NCBI GenBank assembly: GCA_028023455.1
Contig: JAQFVV010000003.1
Location: 3,224,001-3,288,000 of the forward strand
From: Epiperipatus broadwayi
Lineage: Eukaryota; Animalia; Onychophora
Reading direction: 5' to 3'
DNA length: 64,000 nucleotides
Made by a program: the position numbers and the translations under genes. Every line of letters begins with the position of its first letter. Positions within the stretch are counted from its first letter, which is position 1. Under the pieces are notes generated by a model that ran no database searches, was not told the origin of the DNA, and saw nothing but the letters and a program-made list of their open reading frames with translations. This document shows positions 50,736-64,000 of the stretch, piece by piece.

Positions 50736-53700
50736 ATTAAGGTTATATAAATAAAGTTCAAATTTTTCAAAAAAACATATTACAATTTGACTTGATAATG
50801 GAAACAATGCAATATATAATTACAAGTTAATTTGATTACATACAAGCATATTTTTTTCATAATATTGGATATATGCTTATATACATTGTGTTGTTTTTTA
50901 TTAATTATTAGAAATGGACACTCCACTCCAAGAGAACAGAAAATTAAAAATTTAAAGATAAATTTTGCAATGGCTTTAAAAAACCAATTTGAGAACTGTA
51001 TAATTAATTACATATATTATATTATCCTTTTCTCTGTTGAGATATTATTTTTTAGTAGTTTATGCAGCAAACTTATATTTCTGGAAATATTACATACATA
51101 TTGTATCCCCATTTAAATACATTTAGTAAAAGCATTCAGTATTCCACCTTTTTAGAGTATCTTTGAAATAAACTTTACAAATGTAAATTAGGGGCTGGCT
51201 CTGTAATACATATCATATTGAAGCTTTTTTTTATCAAATATACTTTAAGTAGAGGCGTTATCTGTTGAAAATATTAATATTCTAAAATTAATGATGATAT
51301 GAGAGTAAAAAAAAAAATGCAAACATCAAATTGACTTTTTAATATATAAAAAAAGTAAAAACGGAATTACTTTATTTTGTCAGATGCTAAAAGATATATT
51401 TTGATGGGATGTAGATTTATATAAAACAGAAACCAGGACTTAACAGGAGGAAATGATGGAATTTTTACAATTGTGATTTTAAAAAATATAGAATGTCTTT
51501 GATAGATAAAATTAGGAACATATAAGAAAAAAAAATATAATGAGTTAAAAAAATTGAGAAACTGAACTAGATATATTTGTTATCTCTCTAGCAGCCATTC
51601 ATAAATTAGTATGGCTATTCTAAATACAAGAAAAAAAAACAAAAGGTATAAAGAAAGATAAAAATAAAAGGTCAGAAAACAATTGAAAAAAGAGAAGAGT
51701 TTCAGAATATATAAATGTAATTAAAGAATGAAAATATAATTGCACAAATATGCAATACCATTGTAACAATTAATGTAGAGAGACAACCAATGATTTGAGA
51801 AACTCATGGTAATTGTACAAAGGCACAAACCCATTGTAACATGGCATAGAGATGATTGATGGCTTAAAAAGATAAATTTTCAGAAGTAAATATATATATA
51901 AACAATGCAAATTTTTTTTGACAAAGATTAAAAGTAACTATGGTTAATTCATAACTAAAGTCATTAAAGAAAATAAAATTAATCTAAAGCCAGGCTGATA
52001 TATTTAAGATAGGTAAGTATTTTGTTATATAGAACTTATAAAAAAATTAAGCTGTTAGTTTGAATGGTCTAGTAGATTGATTGCTGGATTATTAAAGCAT
52101 AAAACTATTTTATAAAGAAAACTAAATAGTTACAAAACTATTCTGCACCCCCATAGATGATTCACATATGTAAGGATATGAGATGGATTATTACTACCAA
52201 AATGTAGGACTTAAATAATATGATGAACAAACTGTAAAAGGTGAGACCAAAATTAAGAATCTTAAGAAAGAAGATATTATGGAATCCATTACTATCAGAG
52301 TTAAGGGAAGTAACTTCAAAAAAGTAAAAATTAAACTCCATCAAAGTGATGTGATGTAACTTTATAACTTAATTAAATTCCAGTGACTTTGGTATTAAAT
52401 TTATAGATATTAGCAGTATTTTGACTAAGTTAGTATCAGCTAACTCTAGCCATATCACCTGAAAATAATACACTCTTATCAAGACCCTAACACAAATCTG
52501 AAAGGTATGAGCAGTGTGAATGTGATATTACACTCAACATGATGTGAAAGATGGGGCAAATTTTATGGTGTTTGCCAAAATATATTGCTAGGGTGAGAAT
52601 TAACATAAAATTCTAAAAAAATATTATAAATTCTTCTATATCATGAATCTACTTTTTCTTGACTTTTTGTTATTATATTTGTGTATTGTGCAAACTTTAA
52701 AGTAAACATATAGCAATGTACATGTAAACAAATGGAATAAATCACATTCCCCATACGTGTAGTACCAGTGAAAAAAGTAAAAAACTAAAATGGATCTGGT
52801 TTAGAGATACCACTAGAAAAGATAACAATAAAGGATAAATGAAACTTAAATAGAATTCCAATAGACTGTAATAAAAACATAAAAAGAGACTATACTTGAG
52901 ATTGATGGGTGAGATTAGGAAATTTATAATAGTGATGCAGTAAAAATAAACTATGGATCAGAATAACTGGGTTGAATTCGGAGAGACCTTCATTCTGCAG
53001 TTGATTAATAATGCTAATAGCTGTACAAATAACAAGTTAGATATAATTATAACATATTCTGTATATGTGCATAATTAAAACAAAAAGATTGAACTTAATT
53101 ATGATATATCCTATGTATATAATTTAATTTATTCTCTCGTATTAAATTAATACTGGCAGTCAAACTTCTTTGACTCAATATGATATGCGCCGTTTCTTTG
53201 CTAAGGTCGAATAAGATTAATTACCGACATATAGAAAATAGTTTTAAAATTATTGAATTAAACTGCCTAAGGATATATAATGTAGACAAATGAGATAATC
53301 AAATAGACAAAGGAAAAAAAAATCAAATAAACAAAGAAATGAATCATAATATAAATTTCTGTGAAATTAGAAAATTGATCAAGAAATAATTTTAATTTTG
53401 TATATTTGCTTGTATAATATTTTCCTAATCTTTCAGAAAGTATATGATCCTCGTATCAACTTATATGTACACAAACCTATAATAATATCTATTATTAATT
53501 AAAGTCCACTAGCTTCTTTCTTTAAGACAATACTTTGTCACGTGATTCATTATATATATACTCGACATATTATAATTTGTTTTTTTAATTTGACCTAATT
53601 ATTTTTTTAAATAAGAAATTAATTTATATTCACTTACATTTTACAAAAAAAAAAAATTACATGTTACGTAATAATTTCAAACTTTTTCAACATCTTATTA

Positions 53701-55861
53701 AATTATAAAGAAAATTTATGGTCTATTTTTAAAGAAATTCTTTACATTTATTTTTTAATGAGGTTTCAGCAAGTGAAATGTTTTAATTAAAATATATTTT
53801 TTTAAATAAGGAAAATAATGGTGTATTAATTAAAATATTTCCCAAGGCAAATTGTCCAATCCATCTGGTTGTCTATCAACAAATTTCTAACTAAAGGTAA
53901 TCTATATGCTTTATAAATTTAAATAAATAAATCCCAGAAATTAACTAGAACTAAATGAATTTTATCTATTGTGCTGAAATAGATTCCTGGTGATCATATG
54001 ATTAGCTTTTTTTTTTTTTTTGAATGAGCCTATCAGTTTGTATTTTTCATGACTTGGATAGTCTATACATCTCATTACAGTTTATCTATTTTGTACATCT
54101 TTTATTATTAATATTATTATTATTTTATGCTTGATTAATGAATTTATGAACTCTTAATATAACTAAAATAAAATGAAATTAATTAAAAAATTAGGCTAAT
54201 CTGATTAAGTACTCAATAATTTACTTTCCTGGTGATCCATAATATTCTCACAGTCTTCACTAGTATTACAATGTCTTAATTTCATCAGTGGAATGCTGTA
54301 GCTTAATCTAATCATATATCTATATTGAAAGATCTTTTATAATACTGCTTAGTATTCATCTTCAACAAATCTTTTTTTTTTTTACTCGAATTCTTAATTA
54401 TTAATAAACAATTGTGATGTAACAAAATTTTCTTTTATACTTTTTAAATCAATTTTTATATTAATTTTAAGTTTCTGTTTCAGCTAACTTCAGTCTTTCT
54501 CAGAAAACTGTATATTTTACTTTTTATTACATTTCATAATATGTTAATATCAACCATAAAGTGTTTTAATTTTAAATATATTTTAAATGATTATAATTGT
54601 AAAGAAGCATATTTTCCAATAAGCGAAACAAATTATAAAATGTAATCTAATGTAAAATATTTACAGATCTTCAAGGAAGGCAGCAAGACAACTGAAACAG
54701 AAACTTTAAAAAAAAAAGAAAAAGAAAGGTTCATTTTATTACATTATATGGAATGGATCAATCAAAAGAAGCAAAGATATTAATTTATGATTAAATAATT
54801 CAAGGAAGCAAAAATTATCAATGGCTTCTAACTCTTTATTTTTAATTTTAAAGTCAACAGTCAATTTTTATTAGGGCATGATATTCTGATTAAACTAAAT
54901 GATAATCATTGTTCAAACAATCATAGTGTGAATTTTTAAAATAAAAAACACTGATGATGATTGTTAAATATTATTAAAGCATCCTGAAATAATTAAAAAA
55001 CAAAGATTGATGGAAGATGATCTAGGATAATTGAAACATCTTAAGTAATTAGGCAAATTAAAACAAACGAATGAACACTGTCTTCAATATAGTTGAAATG
55101 TCTCAAAATAATAAAAATTATAAGAATAAAAAGAGGTAAATAAATGTTTATTTAACAAAAATATATAATGATAAAATTCTTTAAACAAAGCATTAAACAT
55201 TCAAAGTTAACTACTGAGGGAAAAAAACATTTACAAATCTAACCAGAATGAAATACAATTTAATCTTACATGACAGCTTTATAATTTTCTCTGCAACAGC
55301 TTTGTCAACTAAACAACAGCCAAAATTTGGTAACAATAATCAAACTGAATTAAATCTAGTTTTTAATGATTGCAGAATATGAGGATGTTTTAAAGAATAC
55401 TGCATAAATCAAATATTTAAGTAAATATAATTCAGTGATTGAACTTTGTGATTTTGTTGTAATAATGTGTATCATTTAGTTTGTTCTTAACTACTAAAAC
55501 TATTCCAATTAGTCTATTCTGTAAAATCTTTGAAAAAATTGTTGGTAGTTACAGAGTTATACAATTAATTTGGATTTAATTTTCTGAAATATTAGGATTT
55601 ATCATATTGAGTAATAACAGAAATGATATTGAAATTAAAATTAGGTCATGTGACATCTGACTTGATTTTTTTTTTTAACAGAAATGATACAATTTTTCTG
55701 GAATAAATTTAAAACTTTTGCAATTCTGCTTTTATCTTGGAACAAATTACAATAAATTTGTGGTAATATTATTTGAAATGATAGTGTAAATACATTGTTT
55801 TCTGTTCCAAATTGATATCAATATAAATAAGCAATAAAATTAACAATGTATAAGTTAGGAA

Positions 55862-57047
55862 AAATAGTCAAAATAAGAGACATAGATCACATGACCCAAT
55901 TCTCTTAAGCTTGTAAGATATAATCAATGAGGATTGCCAATTCCTCAACAAACTTTGTGATAAATGCTTAGCCAGAGCCAGCACTTAAAATATCTCTGTT
56001 AGGACCCCCCCCAACCTTTGACCATGGTTTTGTGCTTTGGCACTCCTCAGAGAGGTGCTGGGGTAGGTTCAGACACTAGATCTAAAAATACCAACCCAAA
56101 GCCAGCATTTATCTAGAAGTTATCTATTGAGAAAAAAATCTGAAATTTTCAGACACCTACATGTCTTCAAACCCAGCTATCCAATTCAAATAGCTACATG
56201 GGGCTGAGAGATCTTCAACCATACCATATATTAGTAGTCTTAGCAATACAACATTGCTAAGACTTAAGGCAGAGACTATAAATAGTCAAAATAAAACTCA
56301 TAGATAACATGACCCAATTCTCTTAAGCTTGTAAAATATAATCAATGAGAATTGCCAATTCCTCAACAAGCTTTGTGATAAATGCTTAGCCAGAGAAATT
56401 TCAGATTTTCCTCTCAATAGATAACTTCTAGATAAATGCTGGCTTTGGGTTGGTATTTTTAGATCTAGTGTCTGAACCTATCCTAGCACCTCTCTGAGGA
56501 TTGCCAAAGCATGAAACCAAGATCAGAGGTTGGGGGGTTCTGACAGAGATTTTTTAAGTGCTGGCTCTGGTTTAAACATTTATCACAAAACTTGTTGAGG
56601 AATTGGCAATCCTCATTGATTATATCTTACAAGCTTAAGAGAATTGGGTCATGTAATCTATGACTCTTATTTTGACTATTTATAGTCTCTGCCTTAAGTC
56701 TTATGCAATGTTATATTGCTAAGACTACTAGTATATGGTATTGCTGAAGATCTCCAGCCCCTTATAGCTATTTGAGTTGCATAGCTGGGTTTGAAGACAT
56801 GTAGGTGTCTGAAAATTTCAGATTTTTTTTTCAATAGATAACTTCTAGATAAATGCTGGCTTTGGGTTGGTATTTTTAGATCTAGTGTCTGAAACTATCC
56901 TAGCACCTCTCTGAGGAGTGCCAAAGCACAAAACCATGGTCAGAGGTTTGGGTGGGAGGGGGTCCTGACAGAGATATTTTAAGTGCTGGCTCTGGCTAAG
57001 CATTTATCACAAAGCTTGTTGAGTAATTGGCAATCCTCATTGATTTA
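55862..57047. mobile_element. Family B fold-back locus 2 (about 1.25 units leftward, about 1.5 units rightward)
   Basis: Period 417-418. Inversion at about 56395. HHR copies at 56015-56055 (-), 56489-56529 (+) and 56906-56946 (+). Possible 7-bp TSD TTAGGAA at 55855-55861 and 57048-57054. Confidence 0.85.
56906..56946 (+). ncRNA. Family B HHR copy, consensus-like except G12>A
   Basis: CCTCT CTGAGGA GTGC CAAA GCAC AAAA CCATGG TC AGAGG. Helices I, II and III are perfect, and the GAAA>AAAA change is at a CpG. Confidence 0.7.
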
Positions 57048-57943
57048 TTAGGAACTTTGCATTCTAGTTAATAATTTTATATAAACTTTTTCACACTTTA
57101 TTAGAGTATGATAGTTTTGTTGGTGGATTTAATGATGAATGTCATTTTGTTTCTGAAGATTGGAGATTCGTTAGGTGGAGACAGCAACTCATTTGTAAAA
57201 GCTCTAATGGTTCCCATGGTCACCACAATATAGTTGTCATAAAAAGTAACCTATTAGGAGTTATATTTCTTTAAAAAATATTTAAGCTAGGCAATCTTCT
57301 TTAAAACAACTTTACATTTTGCTCTAAGAATTAAAAAGCACTATCTAATTAAGATTTGGTAATCAGATTAGAGACAATGAAGGATTTTAGTTAGCTAATG
57401 AAGTTATTCCAATGGAAATTAAAAAGTTTTTAATCACAATTCAGTTATTTTTCAGTCTGATTATATTTTTAAAGATTTCGTAAACTTAAAGATCACCTTT
57501 CAATAAATGATTGTCATAAATATTTGAATATGTAATAACTAATACAAAGTTCATGAGTCCCTTGTGGGTATTAGTCTTCACTGATTATTTATGTCATTGT
57601 GTTTGTTCAAATATATTTTCATCCTTTAATGACTCACATAATAATTCTCACTTTATTATTTTCTGACTGTTCATTTTTTTACCTTTTCTTTACCCTTACT
57701 TTTTTCTTATAAAGTTAGTTAGCCATACTCATTTATGAGTAGCTGCTAATGGTGATGTCGATAACTTTAAAAATAAGATAGAAATCCTACTGATTAGTAA
57801 TAAGATCTTTCTTAAATATTTATTTTTTAAAACAGAGATGACTAAATAATGGTATTTAGTATTAGTGATAGCAATTAACAATGTTTTTTTAAGAACCAAT
57901 AATACATTTTAACTTTTACCATTGTTTTATTATTAAAATAAGT

Positions 57944-59780
57944 ATCAATCAATCGTATTCTCTCATATGGACAGACCCAGAGAGCAGCCACATAACAAAT
58001 TTATTCATTTCCTTACTCCAGTTTCCTAATTGTCCAGCTTTTCAAATCCATGTATCTCTTCCCATTTTTTATATAATCCAGCAAAATCAATATTTTTCAT
58101 CCTTTTTTCTTGTTTCCATTCACCATTTCCTGCAAAACATCTTTTATCAAACTATTCTTTTTTCTGACTATATGTCCAATCCAGTTTCTCTTTCCATTGT
58201 TATTTCCTTAATCAATCTTCTTTTTTCATTTACTCTTTTCAAAACTATTTCATTTGTCATTTTATCCAATTAATTTTTTTCCATCCTTCTCCAAGAACAC
58301 ATCTCAAAGATTTCCAATTTATTCTTAACTTTTTCTTACTCATTGTCCACATATCATCACCATATAATAGTATACTTCACACAAAGCATTTTAATTAATT
58401 CTTTCCTTAATTTTCTCTTTAAAGGTCCACAAAATATTTTCTTTCTCTTAGTAAATGCATCTTTTATCAGTGCTATTCCTTTTATAACTTCATCTTAATT
58501 TCCATCTTCATTCAACTAACTAACCAATTATCTAAATACATTTACCTGTTGAGTTATATTATCATGTATTTCAACTTGCAGTCATTTTGTATTCCTCCCT
58601 TTTCATAAACATTTGGTCTTTTCAATATTAATCTTCATTTCATATTCCATATATTCTTCCTCCTCAGCTGCAAATCTTATATTTATTTAAAATGTATTTT
58701 AAATAAATATCAAAAAGCACTGTGACATACTGCATCATTGCCTAACTCCTCTTTCTACATTCACTTCATCAGTATATTTATTATCATGTCTAATTTTTAT
58801 CATTTTCCCAGTATACATATTCCAAATAAAACCTTTCCAAAATATCCTTTTATTTTTGTAAGATGTTTATAAGTTTATTACAGATTACTCTATCAAATGC
58901 ATTTTCCAAGTCCACAAAACATATACCAATTCCTTTATCTTTTTCATTATATTGCTCTGCAATTGTTCTAATTACACCACTATCATCTCTTGTACTTTTC
59001 CCTCTCTGAAAATCAAATTGTTCTTCTTCAATATAATACTCTACTTTTCAATAAATTCTTTGAGTTAAGCATAAGATAATCAATTTATTGTTCTATACAC
59101 TTCACATTAAACAACTTTCTTATTTTTAGCAATTGAAATCATTACAGTCTTCAAAAAATCTTCAGGCCAAACTCCACTATTGTATATCAATTTGTAAAAT
59201 CCAATTATTTCCTTCATAATAATTTCTCCCATTTCTTTCAAAAATTCTATAGGTATTGTATCAAATCTGACAGCTTTACTATTTTTCTTTTGTTCAATCT
59301 ATTTTATTACTCCATCTATCAATACTTTTGTCATCTACTACATTATTTTCATTTTATTAAATTACTGTATTTTCTTTTCTAAATAGATATTTAAAATGTT
59401 CTTTTCTAATTTTCAATACATCATTGTTATCAATCTCTTTTCATTCTTAGCATCTATTTCATTTATTAAACTTTTCTTTTTTTCCTCAAATGAAATGCTA
59501 GATCATATCTTTTTATGTGTTGAATTATTTCTATCTCTTTACATTCTCATTCCCACCATTTTTCTTTGTTAAATCTGTTTCTCTCCTTAGTTCATTATTA
59601 ATTTTTCTATATGCTCTTTGCCCTTCTTCGGTATTGACATTCTTCCATCTTTTCAATACTTCCATCTTTTTCAACATATCTTCTGTTATACAAAGTTGTT
59701 TTGCTTTCTTTAACCAAATAGTTTCTATTTCATTTTTTGCTGTTTTTGGCATTCCTTCTTTAGTCCTATTCTAACATTTA
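57944..59780 (-). pseudogene. RTE-clade non-LTR retrotransposon, 5'-truncated and degraded
   Basis: YRKINNELRRE, DTIPIEFLK, QFDFQRGKSTRD, CFVDLENAFDRV, MKINIEKTK, FEMCSWRRMEKINW, WIGHIVR. 3' (GATT)n-like tail at 57944-57954. Confidence 0.85.
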
Positions 59781-60865
59781 TCAAAGCTATTCATATATTC
59801 CTTACTTTTATCAATTCTTTTTATTATAAGTGTATGTGCATGAAGGCAGAAATAATTTTTAATATAATAAATAAAAGTACTTTTTAAGAAAACTAAAAGT
59901 GGTTCATTATATTTTTTTAACCAAATTAAAACTACTACTCTCTACTGTAGCGAAATATGCATTGCAGTTGTTAGAGATTTAGGACTTCCCCAATTAATAT
60001 TTTAAATTTTTTTTTTTTAAAAAAACAACAATTATTTAAAAAAAAACTTTTGTATAATAGAAAGAATATTTTAAAATAATAAATGAATACAATTATTGAT
60101 TTATAGGTTTATAGTAAGTGATGGTATTTCATAATTATTTTTATAAATGTATTTATCTGCGTTATGACGCAGCAAATTGATGAATATTTTCATAATCCAC
60201 CTGTTGTTAATTGTGTTATTTTCAAAAATACTCAATAGAATATTTAAAAAGCTCTAATTAAGCCAATGGCTAAATTAGTTCTTAGTCTACTTGAAAATAT
60301 GGAAAATGATCAATCTTCATTTGCATTTTAAATAGGTAGTATAAAAAATATTTTTTAATTTGTATTTTCATTAGACAAAGTATATTACAGCTGCTTTATA
60401 TTTCTCAAGTAATAAATTTATTTATTTTTAATTTTTTTTTTTTTGATAATTTAAAATTTCCGTCTTAAAAATAACATACTTCAATATAATTCTGTATTTG
60501 TTCTATATTTGCTTTTGAATTAATAACTGTAGCCATTGGTTATATAGCACAATTGGTTATGCCAGTCAAATTTTAGTTTTTCTAAAATTGTTTTACCAAT
60601 AATCAATTCTGCATAAAAAGAGGTTGGCCCTGGGCAATAAAATGGTTGTTAATTTGGAATCTTTGTATATGTGAGTTGTGTGTGAGGTATGACTTTTGAC
60701 TTTGCCTTAATATCAAGCAGTTGTTCTTTGCAATGTAACAATTATGTCATAGTTTAAAGAGATTAAATAAACAATGCATTTTGAAATAATCTTGAAAAAG
60801 TATGTGTTTTATAACAAAAAATATTACTCTAATTAATTACTTGTCTTATTAAAATGTGATTAAAA

Positions 60866-61736
60866 CAGGCAAAACTCTCCATAGTAAGCCAGAATAATCA
60901 ATGGATGACAGAAGGCTTGTGCATAAAATCCCTATCTAGTGCCTACTCTTACAATATTCCCAGACTAGTTTCTGGCTTGTGGCTTTCATCAGTGAGGAGC
61001 CTTGGATCTGAGAGCACTGCACCTAAATCTTAGGATCTAATGCAACCTTACAGCAGCCACCTTTTATCTCTACTTAACTACAAAACTATGAGAATAAAAT
61101 TGAAAACACAATAATATTTTCAATTCAAGCTCATTAGCTTATATAATCATACTTATCTGAACTCAATTCAGTACCCATACATTTAGTGTCTTTGGTTATT
61201 TAATAATCATAGCCACCACTATCCTATTAGGCAGGATGATCACCATTTCTTATGCTTGCTAATAACTGTTATTATAGGAGTGCCACTCAGTGCAAGCCAG
61301 AGTAATCAATGAGCAAGCATAAGAAATGGTGATCATGTGATGTTTAGTGGTTTAATACCAATCCTGCCCTAATAGGATAGTGGTGGCTATGGTTATTAAA
61401 GAACCAAAAACGAGTTTGGATTGAAAATATTATTGTGTTTTCAATTTTATTCTCATAGTTTTGTAGTTAGGTAGAGATAAATGGTGGATGCTGGAGGGTT
61501 GCATTAGACCCCAAGATCTAGGTACAGTGCTCTCAGATCCAAGGCTCCTCACTGATGAAAGCCACAAGCTAGAAACTAGTCTAGGGATATTGGATGAGTA
61601 GGCTCTAGATAGGGATTTTATGCACAAATCTTCTGGCATCCACTGATTACTCTGGCTTGCACTGAATGGCACTACTGTATGGAGAGTTTTTGCCTGTTTT
61701 AATAACAGTTATGAGCAAGCATAAGCAATTGTGATC
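60866..61736. mobile_element. Family A fold-back locus 2
   Basis: Left arm 60866-61277, partial copy 61280-61310, inverted arm 61311-61736. HHRs at 60959-60996 (-) and 61548-61585 (+). Perfect 12-bp direct repeat ATGTGATTAAAA at 60854-60865 and 61737-61748. Confidence 0.85.
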
Positions 61737-62589
61737 ATGTGATTAAAATATGTTCATATGCTTTAGATTTGTATATATTATAGTTGTTTTTTTTTCACCA
61801 GTTACATCTTTCCCTTTATAATATAAAAATTTTCAGTCATTCTTTTTTTTTATTAGTTTTCTATAACTACATGAAATCTTAAATCATTTAAAACTATTAT
61901 TATACAGTACCTTAAGAAATCTAGGTCACAAAAGCACTTTCTTGTAAAAGAAGTACTATTAATTTATGATGGATATAACGATCCATCTAAACCTGTAATC
62001 ATAATTACATGATGATTAGCAGCTGCTTGTAAATGAGAATATCAATCCTAATATTTAAAAAAATGGGGGAGATAAACCAAAAAGTTAAAAATGAATTTAT
62101 GATAGCTATACAAACTAATTCTTGAAAATAAATATATATATATAACATGCCAGACATTTAGTTTGTATTGTAATGATCTGGAGAAAGAGAGCATAACGTC
62201 ATCTGCACTACAGGGCGCCATCTAGGCATTTGAACCTAGAAAAATTTATAAAGTAGGCAGATACGTAAGTCAAAAAAAAATTTATTTTTTTTAATAAATA
62301 TATTTTGATATCCGGTCGTTAGCCCAAGTCACTAGCTCAGGGAGTAGCAGAGATTTAATAATATAATATCTTATCTAATTATATTTCAGTATTAAAAAAT
62401 AAATAAAATAAGCCACTGCCAGTAATTAACATACAAACATTTATTTACGCACATATATATATAAAATTTAACATTATTATTTTAGTATATTTATTTTAGA
62501 TTTTAATTTGATTTTATAATTTTAATTTACATTTTAATTTTTATAATATTATAAGTTTACATTTTAATTAAGTTCGCACAGATTTGTTT

Positions 62590-63350
62590 AAACATGTTGA
62601 GTATAGATCGGTTACATAGATTACACGGCTAAAACATTTCAAAATAAACATAAACGATCAAAATACAAAAACATTGATACCATCAATTGCATAGGGAATA
62701 CAAGAAACCCACTGGTATTCATCGTAAGATACCGCAATGGCACCAATAACTTAAAAGACATCCGAATAAATACATTTTAGATAATCACAGTAAGGTATCA
62801 GTATTTACCGAATGTCTATATATATTTTGATCGAACATGGAAACCAAAAACATAATTAGCCGGTAACGAATCCATGCAAGCATCTATAAACAACTTAAAT
62901 TTAATGCATTTTTATTTAGTGTCAAGTATGAATAGACTACATAGATTTGCATTTGAAAAGAAAATATTCTATCCTTATTTAACCTTAGGCCAAAAGTTCG
63001 CAGTCAAACTAACGCCAATTCATCTGATATATCGATGTATTCAATGTAATACGAAATACTGCAGCACAAAAAGTTAAGAGAAGAAATTGCCTCTCGTCAG
63101 ATAGGAATATTACATCTATCAGACAAGAAGAGCAATAAAAAAAAACTCCATAGAAAGGAACTGCGGTCTCCAACTTATAATTCCTTCCATAGGCAAACGG
63201 GTGAGTGCAGCATATACAAATGATTCTGCCCGTAGCGAATCTTGCATTACATCTACTAACTACACCAATATATCCAATCCATTGACCCAATTTAACTACG
63301 AAACAAATAACCTAAGATTACCCTCCCCTAATATAACTTTACAAATCTAT
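62590..63350 (+). pseudogene. Probable degraded non-LTR RT C-terminal/thumb fragment
   Basis: One frame has few stops: GYIDYT (like YADDT), LVFIVRYRNG...IRIN..IITV.YQYL..YIYFDRTWK (like KYLGxxFDxxLxW). The similarity is weak. Confidence 0.4.
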
Positions 63351-64000
63351 ACAACCATTCATGCCCGACTTAAGTTTAATATTTATATAACTAGTTTAAT
63401 GAAAAACAGAAATCATAATAAAACTTAAAGAACAAATAAATAAATAAATAAATGGAAATGATTTTACAAAAGAAATACATTAAATAAAATTATAACTAAT
63501 TAATAAATAATGTTGGTCAGATAGGATTCTATTTCTTAATTATTTTAAATATGGAAAGTTTTTAATTTAATGTTCATTAATCATAAAGTTCTTATGGTTT
63601 AAAACAGTTCATCTTTATCTGTTGCTTGCCATTTGAACGTGAATCCACATTAAATTGCCCGACGATCCTGTTGTCCTCAGTATAAGAAAAGCGTTGTTTC
63701 ATTTTTCCATTTTTATAACAAGTGAAGGAATTGAAAGTGCGTCTTTCAATCCCTTCACCTCCAACTCTCCGACTTAACACATCTCAGTCCTCTCTTAATA
63801 ATTAAATCAAAATCACTTTTTATTTCCAAATTTTTTCTTTTATACATAACTTTATGATCTAATGGACGTTACGTCATCGTTGATGATGATCCTTCCATTG
63901 AGGTCTGATTTCCCCATTGGATTTCTTTCATTGGCCATTCTGTTCCTATTGTTTTCCTATCTGACCATTGCTTATACATTTTAGATGCCCAAGGCTAGTT

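Noticed and set aside
54948-55000. HHR candidate CTGATGATG...CATCCTGAAA
   Set aside because: No convincing helices I, II or III.
62680-62752. Minus-strand exon IGAIAVSYDEYQWVSCIPYAID, resembling an ionotropic receptor S1 segment
   Set aside because: No neighbouring exons were found, and the opposite strand is better explained as a LINE RT remnant.

Overview
AT-rich eukaryotic DNA, probably an invertebrate animal, with a 500-N scaffold gap. I could not support any host protein-coding gene. The window is dense with transposon remnants: Ty3/Gypsy (1-0.85 kb, 26.7-30.3 kb), three Penelope-like (PLE) remnants (5.7-7.3, 15.3-17.1, 50.4-50.7 kb), an L1/Tx1-like LINE with a 5' inversion and a reconstructable ORF2 (20.4-24.0 kb), an RTE LINE (57.9-59.8 kb), a hAT element, a Tc1/mariner, a piggyBac remnant, a tRNA-Gly-derived SINE and a retroposed tRNA half. 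The most striking signal is non-coding. Two families of 417-459 nt repeats (A and B) each carry a minimal type I hammerhead ribozyme (HHR) with compensatory base changes. At four loci they show the same layout: monomer, partial tandem copy, then an inverted arm, with the HHRs pointing outward. The PLE at 5.4-7.6 kb has the same inverted-terminal-repeat layout, and its terminal repeat joins tRNA-like Pol III boxes to a degenerate HHR. Together this suggests a PLE / retrozyme-like parasite system. All calls were made by eye, without database searches.
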